The notes below the pieces were generated by a model. That model searched no databases. It was not told where the DNA came from and saw nothing but the letters and a program-made list of their open reading frames with translations. DNA of 64,000 bases from Flectonema sp. DT1601 (lineage: Eukaryota): contig OZ025799.1 of NCBI GenBank assembly GCA_964019425.1, forward strand, positions 62,001 through 126,000, given 5' to 3'. The first letter of the stretch is position 1. Every line of letters starts with the position of its first letter. The translations under genes and the position numbers were made by a program. Below are positions 20,301 through 30,265 of the stretch, piece by piece.

Positions 20301-22533
20301 CAGCCGTACCTAACATGTACTGACGACTTGATTGTTCTTCGAATGACGTCGATGACGGAGCTGTCCATGATAAAGTATGAGATTTATTTAAAAGTTTATG
20401 ATAGTTCACGACAGACTCAGGTAACGCTCCACCACCTAGTCCTCTATAAAGTGTTAACTTTGATGGTTCTGGTGATGTAGTTGATGTTATGCACATTAAT
20501 AAACAAATTGTTTTTATCCATTTTCTAAGAGTTCTCGCTGATTCATCTGAACGGCTTCCAAGTGGACCCTGATCCCGACAACTACCACAAAGAGCAGCGT
20601 AAATAGATCCATTTCTCTTACTGTCATCGTTCAGATTAGTCCATCCCCAGTCAGTAAATTCTTTTTCATATTCTGAAATTGAGTCACTGTCGATGTCTGG
20701 TACGTCGATAAATCCCATGTCTCTATCAATATCTGAAGGTTTTTGTGTATAACTTCGAAGCACCACCAATTCAATTTCAGTTAAAGTCGGATACTCAGTA
20801 CAGTTGGAACTGCTTCCAGCTAACTGCGCACCAATCAAAGCTAAACTCACAAAAGGATCTTCCCCTGGCGGCACAACTAAGTTATCACAAAGTTCGTCTA
20901 AAACAGTTCCGTGTTTTGTGTTATAAAGAGCCATCAGTCGGTGAGCAAATAAATCTAAATCAGTTCTGTTTACCATCTTTACATTGCGAGGATCATTATT
21001 ATTTAATGAATATTGTGTGATATCACCGTCTTGGAGGGCTCTGTCGGTATTTAATTTTGACGACCTCATCGAAACTGTTTTTTGGGTTAAATTTTTAACT
21101 TTCTTCTTTTGAGAATGACTTGTGTTGACGAGTTTCTTTTTAATGACGGCGTGCTCACCGCGTTGTGTTTCTGCAACGAATTTGAAATCACCCCGAAAGT
21201 GAACATCTCCTACAGCTCCTTCAGTTGTGACATTCCAACCGTATTGAAAGTTTAAAACCTTGGCAGACACTTTGTCAAGTCGGAAACAGTTTTCTTCAGT
21301 GACTTCAATGCCGAGATGTTTCGTTGAATTATTTTCAAACCAAACTTTTAATTTTGTGTATATCAAATCACGGTGTTCCTTCGATTGTGAATTTGGTTTC
21401 TTCTTACGATTGCGGCTCTGCTTGAACTTCGCTGCCGCAAGGGCAACACCTCTCATTGCAGTAGCAGCGGAAAGTGATCTCCTTCTCCCTCCAGCTGGTG
21501 TTCTCGGGGAATCAGGTGAAACATCATTTTCAGGATTACTTCTTAAAATAGTATCCGAAACTGTTCTTGCGAAAGACGCTCTACGAGATCTGTTTTTCGG
21601 AGAAGTTCCGCCGCTCTTCTTTTCATTTCCGGCTGTTGATTGAAATCGAAGTTCCTTTTTGGGTTTTCGTTTCTTTTCAACGGCTTCTTTTTCTAATTTG
21701 TCTAAAGTAAGGTCAGGAATTGATTTAATTAAATAATAATCCATCGATAATGAGATTACTTCTTCTGGTGTTTGATATCCAACATTCATAGCATTGTACG
21801 TCTCATAGTCGGCTGACAGTTTTCGATGTCCTGGTTCTCTGATTTCGTTGTTTTCCTTTCCGTTTTCGGTTTCAGCATCACCGCAGTCAGTTTGTAGTGC
21901 ATCGGGTATCTCTTCTTCAGTTTCTGGATCGCAATTCTTCTCTTCTTCTGAGAGTGACGATTCAGAGATTCTGTCGTCACTGCTGTCGTTATTGACGACG
22001 GGGTCTTCTTCTACTTCAACCGCCACTGTCACCAGCTCTTCTATCGGAGGTGGAGAGTTAGTTCTTAATTTCTCCATCGAAGGAAGAGGAGATTGTAGAA
22101 GGGAATCTTCAAATCGCTGGACTTCTTCTTCAAAAGAAGTTTTATTACGACGTGGAGAAGGCTTTCGTATCGGACTTAGTTGGACAGAATTGTCGAGATC
22201 CGTAAAAGAATCGAACAATCTGACAGAAGTTGCACTACGAGGACTTGCTTCTATCGGAGATGAACTCGGAGGTATTTGCCAACCCAATAACGGATTTGGT
22301 GATAAAGCTTGGATGTGTTTTCTCCTCGTCGATTTCTCGTCTTTTCCAAAACTATTTTGTTTAGCTGCCTGTCTCCAAGGTTTCCTCTCGCTGTAGGTTT
22401 CTAACTCTCTCTTCGCACCCATCCGCAGACCTGTTGTTGATGATTCGCTCCGTTGTAATGAAATACCACTACTGTCGGATCTCTGAATTTGTTGATTTTC
22501 ATTTTTATTTTTCCCGACATGCCTGCGGTACAT
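17329..22533 (-). CDS. Giant low-complexity protein with a central NAD+:arginine ADP-ribosyltransferase (ARTC-type, R-S-E) domain
   Basis: 1734-aa ORF containing ELVVLRSYT, TLYRG (R), APSSTS (STS), GTIMFTI and ISQYPAEAEILVPP (ExE) in canonical order. Flanks are acidic or SP/SPR-rich. The extreme C-terminus may be spliced. Confidence 0.8.
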   Translation of the reverse strand: MYRRHVGKNKNENQQIQRSDSSGISLQRSESSTTGLRMGAKRELETYSERKPWRQAAKQNSFGKDEKSTRRKHIQALSPNPLLGWQIPPSSSPIEASPRSATSVRLFDSFTDLDNSVQLSPIRKPSPRRNKTSFEEEVQRFEDSLLQSPLPSMEKLRTNSPPPIEELVTVAVEVEEDPVVNNDSSDDRISESSLSEEEKNCDPETEEEIPDALQTDCGDAETENGKENNEIREPGHRKLSADYETYNAMNVGYQTPEEVISLSMDYYLIKSIPDLTLDKLEKEAVEKKRKPKKELRFQSTAGNEKKSGGTSPKNRSRRASFARTVSDTILRSNPENDVSPDSPRTPAGGRRRSLSAATAMRGVALAAAKFKQSRNRKKKPNSQSKEHRDLIYTKLKVWFENNSTKHLGIEVTEENCFRLDKVSAKVLNFQYGWNVTTEGAVGDVHFRGDFKFVAETQRGEHAVIKKKLVNTSHSQKKKVKNLTQKTVSMRSSKLNTDRALQDGDITQYSLNNNDPRNVKMVNRTDLDLFAHRLMALYNTKHGTVLDELCDNLVVPPGEDPFVSLALIGAQLAGSSSNCTEYPTLTEIELVVLRSYTQKPSDIDRDMGFIDVPDIDSDSISEYEKEFTDWGWTNLNDDSKRNGSIYAALCGSCRDQGPLGSRSDESARTLRKWIKTICLLMCITSTTSPEPSKLTLYRGLGGGALPESVVNYHKLLNKSHTLSWTAPSSTSFEEQSSRQYMLGTAVNSVSKPNDEKPGTIMFTISKGIGLNLQTISQYPAEAEILVPPLTMFGINSVERDAANPFKCGLNIDMTCIGPLGENSIDGIPHLKEFFEKVKREAKEASKSLRKTAIQLNCTTPLLSEERRTSVFDTEPEFTFDDEDSEYSNTVCTHYEFNITDPKSFIENELRFIKNQRDEDSDDNSNATEPVATPDEVQEQQSESVFENGISLSDYKLPLTVTRCNTIDNDGSVSTSDAATEPILSDTHVDDSKFSNASFSDSQSEILLRESVSEFPDSCQADVIYSSRRREKISKTKDQQQHQHHETVAVTSHDSDEVLNSDEQHQREDQIIASAFRYEGEKTREANRKRRSNINTDGDDDDNDDYNNGESDDEDEEYEESIYSDCSIDSEYSDHKVFTRRSEGQRTRPHIPLLAFPSSQMISLAKCESTATASSQGLTSTQSMANLANEDGGYDDRFSGRQQFQNSVPTGERLLHSLPTSLIPKVVRNNTAVVGAGRLVSTPIVSEGTPTTTNRLRSNKLFQQVPSRQVFESTKPPSLGNTAFKYNDVDIGDGDIGDGVLSAPLSPREPPLNAEVLTRKRLNTLTSPRAPRWKISEVSPRSLGVKKRHNKVAEFPSSPLSPRGMQSVVGLETSPVVVAAVPRITSPQITSPLMSARATSPLSPISTSSLLSPRVMSPLMSPRSSHHSEESNLRSYAPTRKKQLTSASSSQTASPHSRSGSPRHPQNRHPQNASPRHRTVSEKPGRRMESMAHRASPAALKLKKTKEPSSPKSDMSPEPTTPTAIAETITATATSPSKKQNTAAVLQTSIRRLQSIIIRNPGDTDLKEEFSRKLRDIRIQEEQLTPRSERSRPNTSRPHRKRYMTRTTAPPRLSKNARKRRRREAEKRLRERQQQIKIKNDQSNKSQQRKMSMKKITPSTLSDSVCVRVPPPSSVTTELVYKQHYHRPQQDDVSVNDNDMRGTKSVVTLLLISFSIINVFCTASESIRSLVVTTGG

Positions 22534-23809
22534 GTCGGTACCTGATTATTGAAATATAATTTTACGATTTCCTCATTGTTATCTAAAAGATAAAACAAGA
22601 ACTACACCATCATCACGTTGATACCTGTTAAATTATAAACAATCAACGAAGAAGAACATATGAATTCCCTGCTAGTGGTGGTTAGCCCATTAAATGCTAA
22701 GAAGTTATAAATTTGTTAAGGACGGAAAATGATCGCAGGAATTAATTACGACAACATGACTAAAAGTTGAGATATCCCCACCTTCAGTTGTTTATTTTTC
22801 CTTCTCTGAGATAGTCACTTGTTGACAACAATACATGTCCTGGTTACGAATTGCTTTTACAATAGAAAGGGGTTGGGGAAAAAAAAAACTAAATTAATTT
22901 CATTATTTTTTTATTTAAACGAAAGTCCAGGAGCTTGAGGAAAAGTTCACATTCGACACCAAACACTTTGATTACGATAAGAGAGGGTGACAAAAATCTG
23001 AAAACTTTATATTAAAATAGTTCTTATTAAGTCATTTAACAAAAAGTATTGTACCGCCTTATAATACAATACGCATATAATAAGAGAGAATGAGATGGTC
23101 GAAACGTTAACGCTTTTGTCGATATTTCTTTCTAATTTAATGTTATGTTTTTAGGTTATTTTAATTATTTTTATTTTACTTTAACAGAGAGGAATTTAGA
23201 AAATCAAAAATGTACAAAATTGTGTCAGTGTTTAAGAAGACAAAAAAGTTTATAAAAAAATAAGAATTGCATAAGAAAAACACAACAGATAAAAACACTC
23301 CCTAAAAAAAAGAAAAAATAATAAAAAATATAAAAAACAATTCCACTACACCAATCACCATCTCGTGGTGTAAATGAAACGTTAGTGTAAGTGGCGCTGT
23401 ATCCAAGGGGAAAACGTGGTGTGATGTTTTCCTTGAACACTTCGCTTGTAGAAATAAAAAAAATAAAAAAAACGATAATTCCAATTCACCTGAAGCTATA
23501 CAAAACTAACAGAGGCTGTTGAAGGTTGCGAGTAGCATTTTGATGCTACGCAGCAAACACCAAAAAAACGTAAGAAAAAGCTTCTCAAAGTCCTAAAAAG
23601 ACGGGTAAATATCACAGTGTACGGAGAAAGAAAACCTTTTTTCAAACAAGACAATAATAAACATTCCCTCTCCAATAGAGAGAAGACTAGTAAGTTGTCA
23701 AGTCGGAATCGATAGAGGAAATTAATGTGTTGGGAGAGGGGAAATTAGTATCTTTTTGAGGAATTAATACAAAAGACAGATCAGGATTGCTCAGACTATT
23801 CTTTACTAA

Positions 23810-25695
23810 CTAAGTTGCTGGTGTTTCACTGCGAACTTCATCAGGCATAGGGCTGCTTGGCGGAGCTTCTGGACGCGGAGAAAGTGCGACACCCTTCCAT
23901 CCTCTCAGCCAAGCTGAAGGACTGTTTTTCTGTCTGCTTGGGTGCTCATCTCCAATTCCTGGAGCGAACTCTTTTTCAGAATCAAAATCACGAGGAGAGT
24001 GTCTAATAACATTCTGATTAACGAAAGGGTCAACACTAGCAACTCCAGGTCTTGGACTGTACTTTTGATCGTGAGCGTCCTCCCAACGCTTTTCTTCTTC
24101 TCCTTCTTCTTCATCGATGAGACGTTCTTCAAATGGCCAGTACCCTCTTCCGTGAGCCCAAACAAAGTACATTGAGACTCCCAAGATCACAATAAGAATA
24201 GAGAACTCAATTAAAGGTTCCTCTACGTTACCATACAAAAAGTAACTCGGTGACGTTATCCAAATTAATAAAAATCCGATACTCGAAATGACTAATGGAA
24301 TCGGATACAACGGAATTTGAAAGGGACGTTCTATTTCTGGATGGTTCTGTGTGGTGATGTGTTAGTTGTTTTGATTTGGTAAATGACTTTCACAAATATT
24401 TACAACAAACTGTTTGAAACACATACGAGTCTGTAAACCATCACACCGACACCTTGAAGGAAGAACTGACAGAGAACAAGCGAAGTTACCATCGCTGAAA
24501 TGAGGATTTCGAGGGGTGCCCAGCAACCGACAGTTGCAACACCTCCAACTGCGAAGAGAGAATAATCAGCAACACCTCTCTTTGTTGGATGTTCATGAGC
24601 CATCCATGACCAGAAATATCCAGACTTAGCAGCTGAGTATGGAATTTGAGAAAACCCAAGAAGTTGAGCAAAACACGATCCGAAAATAACAACCATGACG
24701 ATAATCGTAATTATAAATCCTAAAGGTTTTCCTCCAACTCTCTCTGAGAATGTAGACATGATATAAGTACTAGCTGAGTCACCAGTTTCAACAGATGTAA
24801 CAAACCCATCTGGTCCATCCCAAGGAACAACAGCAATGACTGCTAAGTAAACTAAAAAGAAGATAACAGTTACAACACAAGCAGTTGAAACACCAGCTCG
24901 AGGAATAACGTGACGGGGGTTCTGAACTTCATCTCCCATCTGGTTAGCGTCGTAGTATCCCGTGAAGTCATAAACTCCGATTCTCGCGGCACCAAAAAGA
25001 CCGTAAAAGAACAGAAAACTATCATCGTAAGCATTATCAGGTCCCAGGAAGTTCTCTGACTCAACATTCGAAAACCCGGCGAAGATAGTAAAAGCAATTG
25101 CGAGTACTGTGACCAGGCCGAGTACTTCTAAAAAGTTACCAACGTCTCTGATGTCATTGTACAGTAATCCAATTGAAATTAAAGAGAAAACTGTTCCTAA
25201 TCCAGAATGATGTAAAGGATGAGTCTGCCCATCAATGTATGATAAGTACTGAGCCATTGCAACAAAACCAGAGCTGACTTCAAGTGGTCCTGAGAATAGA
25301 AATTGAAACAAGAATAAGAATGACATCAGTCTACCCCATGTTTTACTTCCAAAACATTCTCTCAAATATACATATGAACCTCCAGAGTGTGGCATCATTG
25401 ATCCAAGTTCTGCCCAAGTGAATGAATCACAAACACATATCACACCTGCTACTAAGTAACCAAGCATTGCATGTGGTCCTGAAGGTTTCATTTCTGCTAA
25501 CACGAATGGAATCGTAATAAAAGGACCAGTTCCAAACATGTTCATCGTATTCGCAGCACATGCCTGAAGGAGTGTTAGTTTATGTTCTTCATGAGATCCA
25601 TTACTCTTAACACTTCCTTCATCACCTTCGTTACTTTCCCCATCAGGACAGGAGTCAATTGGAGGCACAATCTTATTAGATCCTTCTGTCGGCAT
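23810..25695 (-). CDS. APC-superfamily amino acid/polyamine permease, 2 exons (25695-24427, 24346-23810), 601 aa
   Basis: GTGPF in TM1, WAELGSMMPHSGGSYVYL and GDEVQNPRHVIPRA. Splicing restores VYRL|NHPEIERPFQIPLYP, the conserved RPF motif before TM11-12. Confidence 0.9.
24347..24426 (-). other. GT-AG intron (80 nt) in the permease gene
   Basis: GTATGTG...CAACTAACACATCACCACACAG. Phase 0; restores frame and conserved motif. Confidence 0.9.
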
Positions 25696-25959
25696 ATTTG
25701 GTATGAAAAGTTATAACCTGTAGATGTGATAAATCTTCTCTACTAAAGTACTTCATCATCGTAGCGGTATTTCATTAAATCATTTGTTGTAGTTTTGTCA
25801 TGGAAAGGAAAACAAATAACGACGCAAAGTAACAAACTAATACCAAAGTAAATATTAACTCTGAGTACTTACGCATGGTAATGCATAGCACTAAAAGGTT
25901 TCGATTGACGAATAAGTATTACATCGCATTCTATTACATTAAAGAACTAAAACATGAGT

Positions 25960-28900
25960 TCAAGCCTCAGCAATGACGTACTCTCGTCGGTTACCACAGA
26001 CGCAACAATAACGAGCAAATGATTCACGAAATTCGAAGGAACACTTTCCGCAATTTGAAACCATCTCAGGTGAAGGATCGATATCAATATTTTCTATACA
26101 CTCAGGAACACAAGGACCGAAGTTATTATCGATTCCTGGAGTTAGTGGACAAGATCCAAATGGACTGGCTGGGTAGGAAACAAATGACATCGGACTACGT
26201 GGCTGTGAGATAAGGTCTGCTTGCGCACGTTGCTCTCGTATTTGTGCGAACTCTTCCGATCTCTCAGCCAAAGTTGACGGAAGAACTTCATAAAGAACTT
26301 TCTCGTGTCGAATTCCTTTCAATCGAATCTTTCCCAACGAAGTCGCAACGACATCACAGATCTGACGTCTGACTTCATCTGGAGAAGGATCGAGTGATAG
26401 CTCTTCGTAAGTTTCTGGTGAGATAACAATTTGACCTCCGAATCCATATCCTGATACTCTGGCTGCGAAGTTAACTGGAGGACCAAAGTAATCCATTCTC
26501 TGAGATGCTGGATCCTCACGACAAAGAGGTCGGCAGGTATGAATTCCCATTCGAACTCTAAGTCCTCTCCATCGATACATTCTATGTGAGTCTTCAATTA
26601 AGAAAACTGATTTCCCTCCGAGACCAGTAACAGAGTCTAATAAATCAGTGTCGTCATCTTCATACTCACTTTGAATATTAATCTCACTTTTGATTGCGGG
26701 AAACATTTCTAAAATTGGTTCAGGCCAGTCAACAATCATTAGAAGTACCTGACTCGCAAGACACCAATTTAAAGCGTCGACAGTGTGTGTGAAGGAAATC
26801 ATAAAAGAGTCTCCCTCAGTCTTTACTTCAAAACCACAAAATCGAAGTAATAATTTACGAAGGAGATTGTTGTGAAGTTCGAGAGCATTTTGCATTGCAA
26901 GAGGTTGGCGTTCCCAAATCTCTGTAGAAGACTGGACGTCAGTAAATACCAACGACAGGATTCCAGTTGGGGCTGCGATAACCATCGACATCGGGTTTAC
27001 TGAGGCAAACTGAATTGGAGCAAAAGTTAAATTTACGTTGTTTTGTCCAACGAATTTACCAGCCATGTCCCTCCAACTGTACACAGCTGATACGTACCAG
27101 TCATTATTTCTTCTTAAAATCCATTCACCATCATCAGATAGTGAAACAGAAATGTTTAAACAATTGAGTTCTCCGTCATCTCTACAACCTGCGGTCCGAC
27201 AAATGACTTCAGAATTTTCAGTAATGTAGTTAAGTGTGGCTACCTCATACCAGTAACTACCTCCTCTTATAATTAATATGTGATCTTTAGCACTGCTTAA
27301 TGCAGTTGTGTAAGGACTAGCATTATCACTATTTAAAACATGAAAGGAAAGCTCTGAGGTGTACTTCTCGTCACCCAACTCGTAATCTGCAAGTTGTTGT
27401 TTTGTTATATTCAGTTTATGAATTTCAATTGATGTTGTGGTTGCTACGGATATCATTGGAATCGTCACTCCAGTGGAGTTGTTTTTAATTAATTTCGATG
27501 AGATTCCAGTTGGAATACCACTTGGTGTAGTTAGTTGAATGGGGTAAAAAATATTTCCCAGAGAATGTGAAAAAACGATAACTCGATCAATACCTTCGTC
27601 ACTCTGAGATAAACAAACGAAGTTCCCGTTTCCAACGTTTGCTAATGATACTGGTTTACCGTTAACCCATTTTGTATTTGAGCGACAGTGTTTCATAACC
27701 CATTCTGGTTTATGAAAGTGTTTAGCATTGTCTAAGAATATTTTCCGATTCATCATTGTGTAGATTTGAATTCTAAATCGATTATCGTCGAATTGATCTT
27801 CACTCAGAAACCCAACAGACGATCCCCAAAAGTCTGGTGATATCACACAACACGAATTACACGAAGGTGGTTCAGCTGACTGTAAAAACAACGTTGGTGG
27901 GGTTAATACTTTTATTATCGGAGGGTTTACAATTAGATCAGGTTCAGGTGACTTTTTCTGATCCAACAATTCGATTGCGGGAGAACTCGAATTGTATTCC
28001 TCTACAACAGGTATTCTATATCTCTCTCTTGTTTTCATCTTAATTTCAAACAATCGACTTCTGTCACTCCCTTCTATGTTATTACAGTGATGTGATGTTT
28101 TTTTATTCCTAACTAACCAACTAGAAGCAGACACATCGATCGCCTCTTCAGAAGGAGATCTGGTGGCAAGCAGATTCGGTATTGGAAATAAGTTTTTACG
28201 AATCTTTTTGGAGGAAATATTATTCAAATTAATCGAAGGCGTCATTGTTTTGATTGTCTTTCCCAGAACTCGATGGATTTCATCATTTGCTTCCTCACTC
28301 GTTGTGGTTGCGGTTGGGGAACTCGTTGGTGTTAAAATCGGTCTTAAATTATGATCTGAAGATGTTTTTAGTATGTTCTCAATGACTAAATCTTCTGTAT
28401 GACTGCTCAATGGAGATAAGAATGTTTGTTTTAATTTTGAAATATCACTCTTATCACTCACTTGAGTTGAGGCTGACAGAACTGAGATCGACCCGTCAGA
28501 TCCGAAAATAACCTCAGACTTGAGATCCGATGAACCTTTCAAAACAGTGGTACTAAACCGAGAACACATAATCTCTGGGTGTGTTGATATAACGACAGGT
28601 CTGCTATTTCTTATTTCAATAACTCGTAGTCCATGAGGGTGAGCTGATAGTAAGTAAGGACAACCAGATCTACTTATTAATACTTTACTAAATATTTGAT
28701 AAGCTACACCAGTAGCAACACCATGACAACCTAAATAAAGAGGTATTCTACCCTCTGCTGTTGTTTGATAGTTTCTAATTGCTTCACACATCGTGCCGAA
28801 GGCACCGTTCTCAACAAATTGACTTTTCCTTGCGATTGTGAATGGAGTTTCTCGATTTTTATTTGCGACGTATAGATTCGCACCTTTCTTTAAAAATGTT

Positions 28901-29271
28901 TGAATCAATTCTGACTGAGTCCACTTTGCGTCAGACATTTGCGCAGCAAAGTGGAGGGCAGTCCAACCGCTTTCATTTGCGAGATTCAAAGAATTCGGGC
29001 GGCTAGCTGCGAGTCTTTTAACTTCCTGAACGTTTATTGGCAATTGAGTGAGAGAGTTACTGATGTCGGTATTTCCTAATTTCCCTCCGACGGGAGACGT
29101 GGTTTTCGTCAGATACTGAGATCTTCTATGTCTCGACCACAATACTGATCCCTTTCTCTTCATATTGGTTTGTACACTCGGCTTTTTTCTCTTTGGATCA
29201 AAAAACCCGCTTTCATTTTTTCCAAAGTCTCCAAAATACCCAGCGACATCCCTCGAGCATTGTCGTTCCAT
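25960..29271 (-). CDS. Class III adenylate cyclase with N-terminal ankyrin repeats and a C-terminal CxxC...CxxC ribbon; no obvious TM segment
   Basis: Catalytic motifs LVFTDVQSSTEIWE, EVKTEGDSFM, GLRVRMGIH and RMDYFGPPVNFAARVS carry the metal Asp pair, the ATP-specifying Lys/Asp and Asn/Arg. Ankyrin motifs SGWTALHFAA and NRETPFTIA. Confidence 0.9.
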   Translation of the reverse strand: MERQCSRDVAGYFGDFGKNESGFFDPKRKKPSVQTNMKRKGSVLWSRHRRSQYLTKTTSPVGGKLGNTDISNSLTQLPINVQEVKRLAASRPNSLNLANESGWTALHFAAQMSDAKWTQSELIQTFLKKGANLYVANKNRETPFTIARKSQFVENGAFGTMCEAIRNYQTTAEGRIPLYLGCHGVATGVAYQIFSKVLISRSGCPYLLSAHPHGLRVIEIRNSRPVVISTHPEIMCSRFSTTVLKGSSDLKSEVIFGSDGSISVLSASTQVSDKSDISKLKQTFLSPLSSHTEDLVIENILKTSSDHNLRPILTPTSSPTATTTSEEANDEIHRVLGKTIKTMTPSINLNNISSKKIRKNLFPIPNLLATRSPSEEAIDVSASSWLVRNKKTSHHCNNIEGSDRSRLFEIKMKTRERYRIPVVEEYNSSSPAIELLDQKKSPEPDLIVNPPIIKVLTPPTLFLQSAEPPSCNSCCVISPDFWGSSVGFLSEDQFDDNRFRIQIYTMMNRKIFLDNAKHFHKPEWVMKHCRSNTKWVNGKPVSLANVGNGNFVCLSQSDEGIDRVIVFSHSLGNIFYPIQLTTPSGIPTGISSKLIKNNSTGVTIPMISVATTTSIEIHKLNITKQQLADYELGDEKYTSELSFHVLNSDNASPYTTALSSAKDHILIIRGGSYWYEVATLNYITENSEVICRTAGCRDDGELNCLNISVSLSDDGEWILRRNNDWYVSAVYSWRDMAGKFVGQNNVNLTFAPIQFASVNPMSMVIAAPTGILSLVFTDVQSSTEIWERQPLAMQNALELHNNLLRKLLLRFCGFEVKTEGDSFMISFTHTVDALNWCLASQVLLMIVDWPEPILEMFPAIKSEINIQSEYEDDDTDLLDSVTGLGGKSVFLIEDSHRMYRWRGLRVRMGIHTCRPLCREDPASQRMDYFGPPVNFAARVSGYGFGGQIVISPETYEELSLDPSPDEVRRQICDVVATSLGKIRLKGIRHEKVLYEVLPSTLAERSEEFAQIREQRAQADLISQPRSPMSFVSYPASPFGSCPLTPGIDNNFGPCVPECIENIDIDPSPEMVSNCGKCSFEFRESFARYCCVCGNRREYVIAEA

Positions 29272-30265
29272 TCAACTCTCTAGCAGTTGTTTCTATTGCA
29301 TTGCTCGCATTTATTTAAGTTTTTGGAACTGCACGATGTGATTGTAAATAAATAAATCATTTCCCCACACATCAACCAGCAGTACATAACAACTGATTTT
29401 TTTTTTTTTTTTAAATGTTTTTTTAATAGATTTACTTCAATTCCAGTTATGGTTCAAAGGGGGAATGGTTTAATTATTGAGAAACGAAATAACTGCATCG
29501 CATCATAACACATGACGAGGGTTGTTAATATTACAGTAATGGGTTATTAGAAATAATGTTAGAAATAGTGACTCGGAAAAATAGTTTTTTTGGAAGACAG
29601 ACGAATTCACTTACAAAGTAGCGAAATATATTCATGCAAAGTATAGTACAATGCTGTACATCACAAGAAGTTTGCGTACTGCCAATTAATTGCACTTACA
29701 GCCCTCTTAATTTACTCACAACATAGCGATTACACATAAAAAGGGAAATTGCATTTATAGGTTACTGTAACAAAAAGAACAAATGGAAAAAATAATAATA
29801 ATAATGATGAGGGGAAAAATACCAAATCATATTATAAAAGAGATTGACGGCCACTACGCTTTTTAAATGAACAAGCTATGCAGAAGCAAAGCATTTCATT
29901 CAGAGATAGGACCCGTAAGTTAGTCATTTGGATAATAATAAAGCAAAGCCCCTTATCCTTTGATGCAGGAAACAGTCAGTAGTGAGATGAGGATAGAAGA
30001 ATCTAAAAAGACGAGAACAGTGAACAAGTCAAGAAATCAAAGTATCCGAAGGTAGTGAAGGTTTTCTACATTACCGGCATTGGATAGAAATATAATTTTC
30101 ACTACTCTGACGTGATCTGCAATTCATCATCAGATTCAGATGAGGTGTAAGAACTAAATCAAAAAAAAAAAAAAGGGAAAAGAAAAGAAAAACGTCCTGG
30201 CTGCACAATGTCATTATAGTTACCTCACGGCTGTGTTGGCTTTGCTTAACAGGACGGCGTGATGA

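Noticed and set aside
18389..22396. Plus-strand ORFs of 100-180 aa (also 4135-4431, 40599-41082, 51186-51698)
   Set aside because: Antisense shadows of long minus-strand CDSs with no independent motifs.
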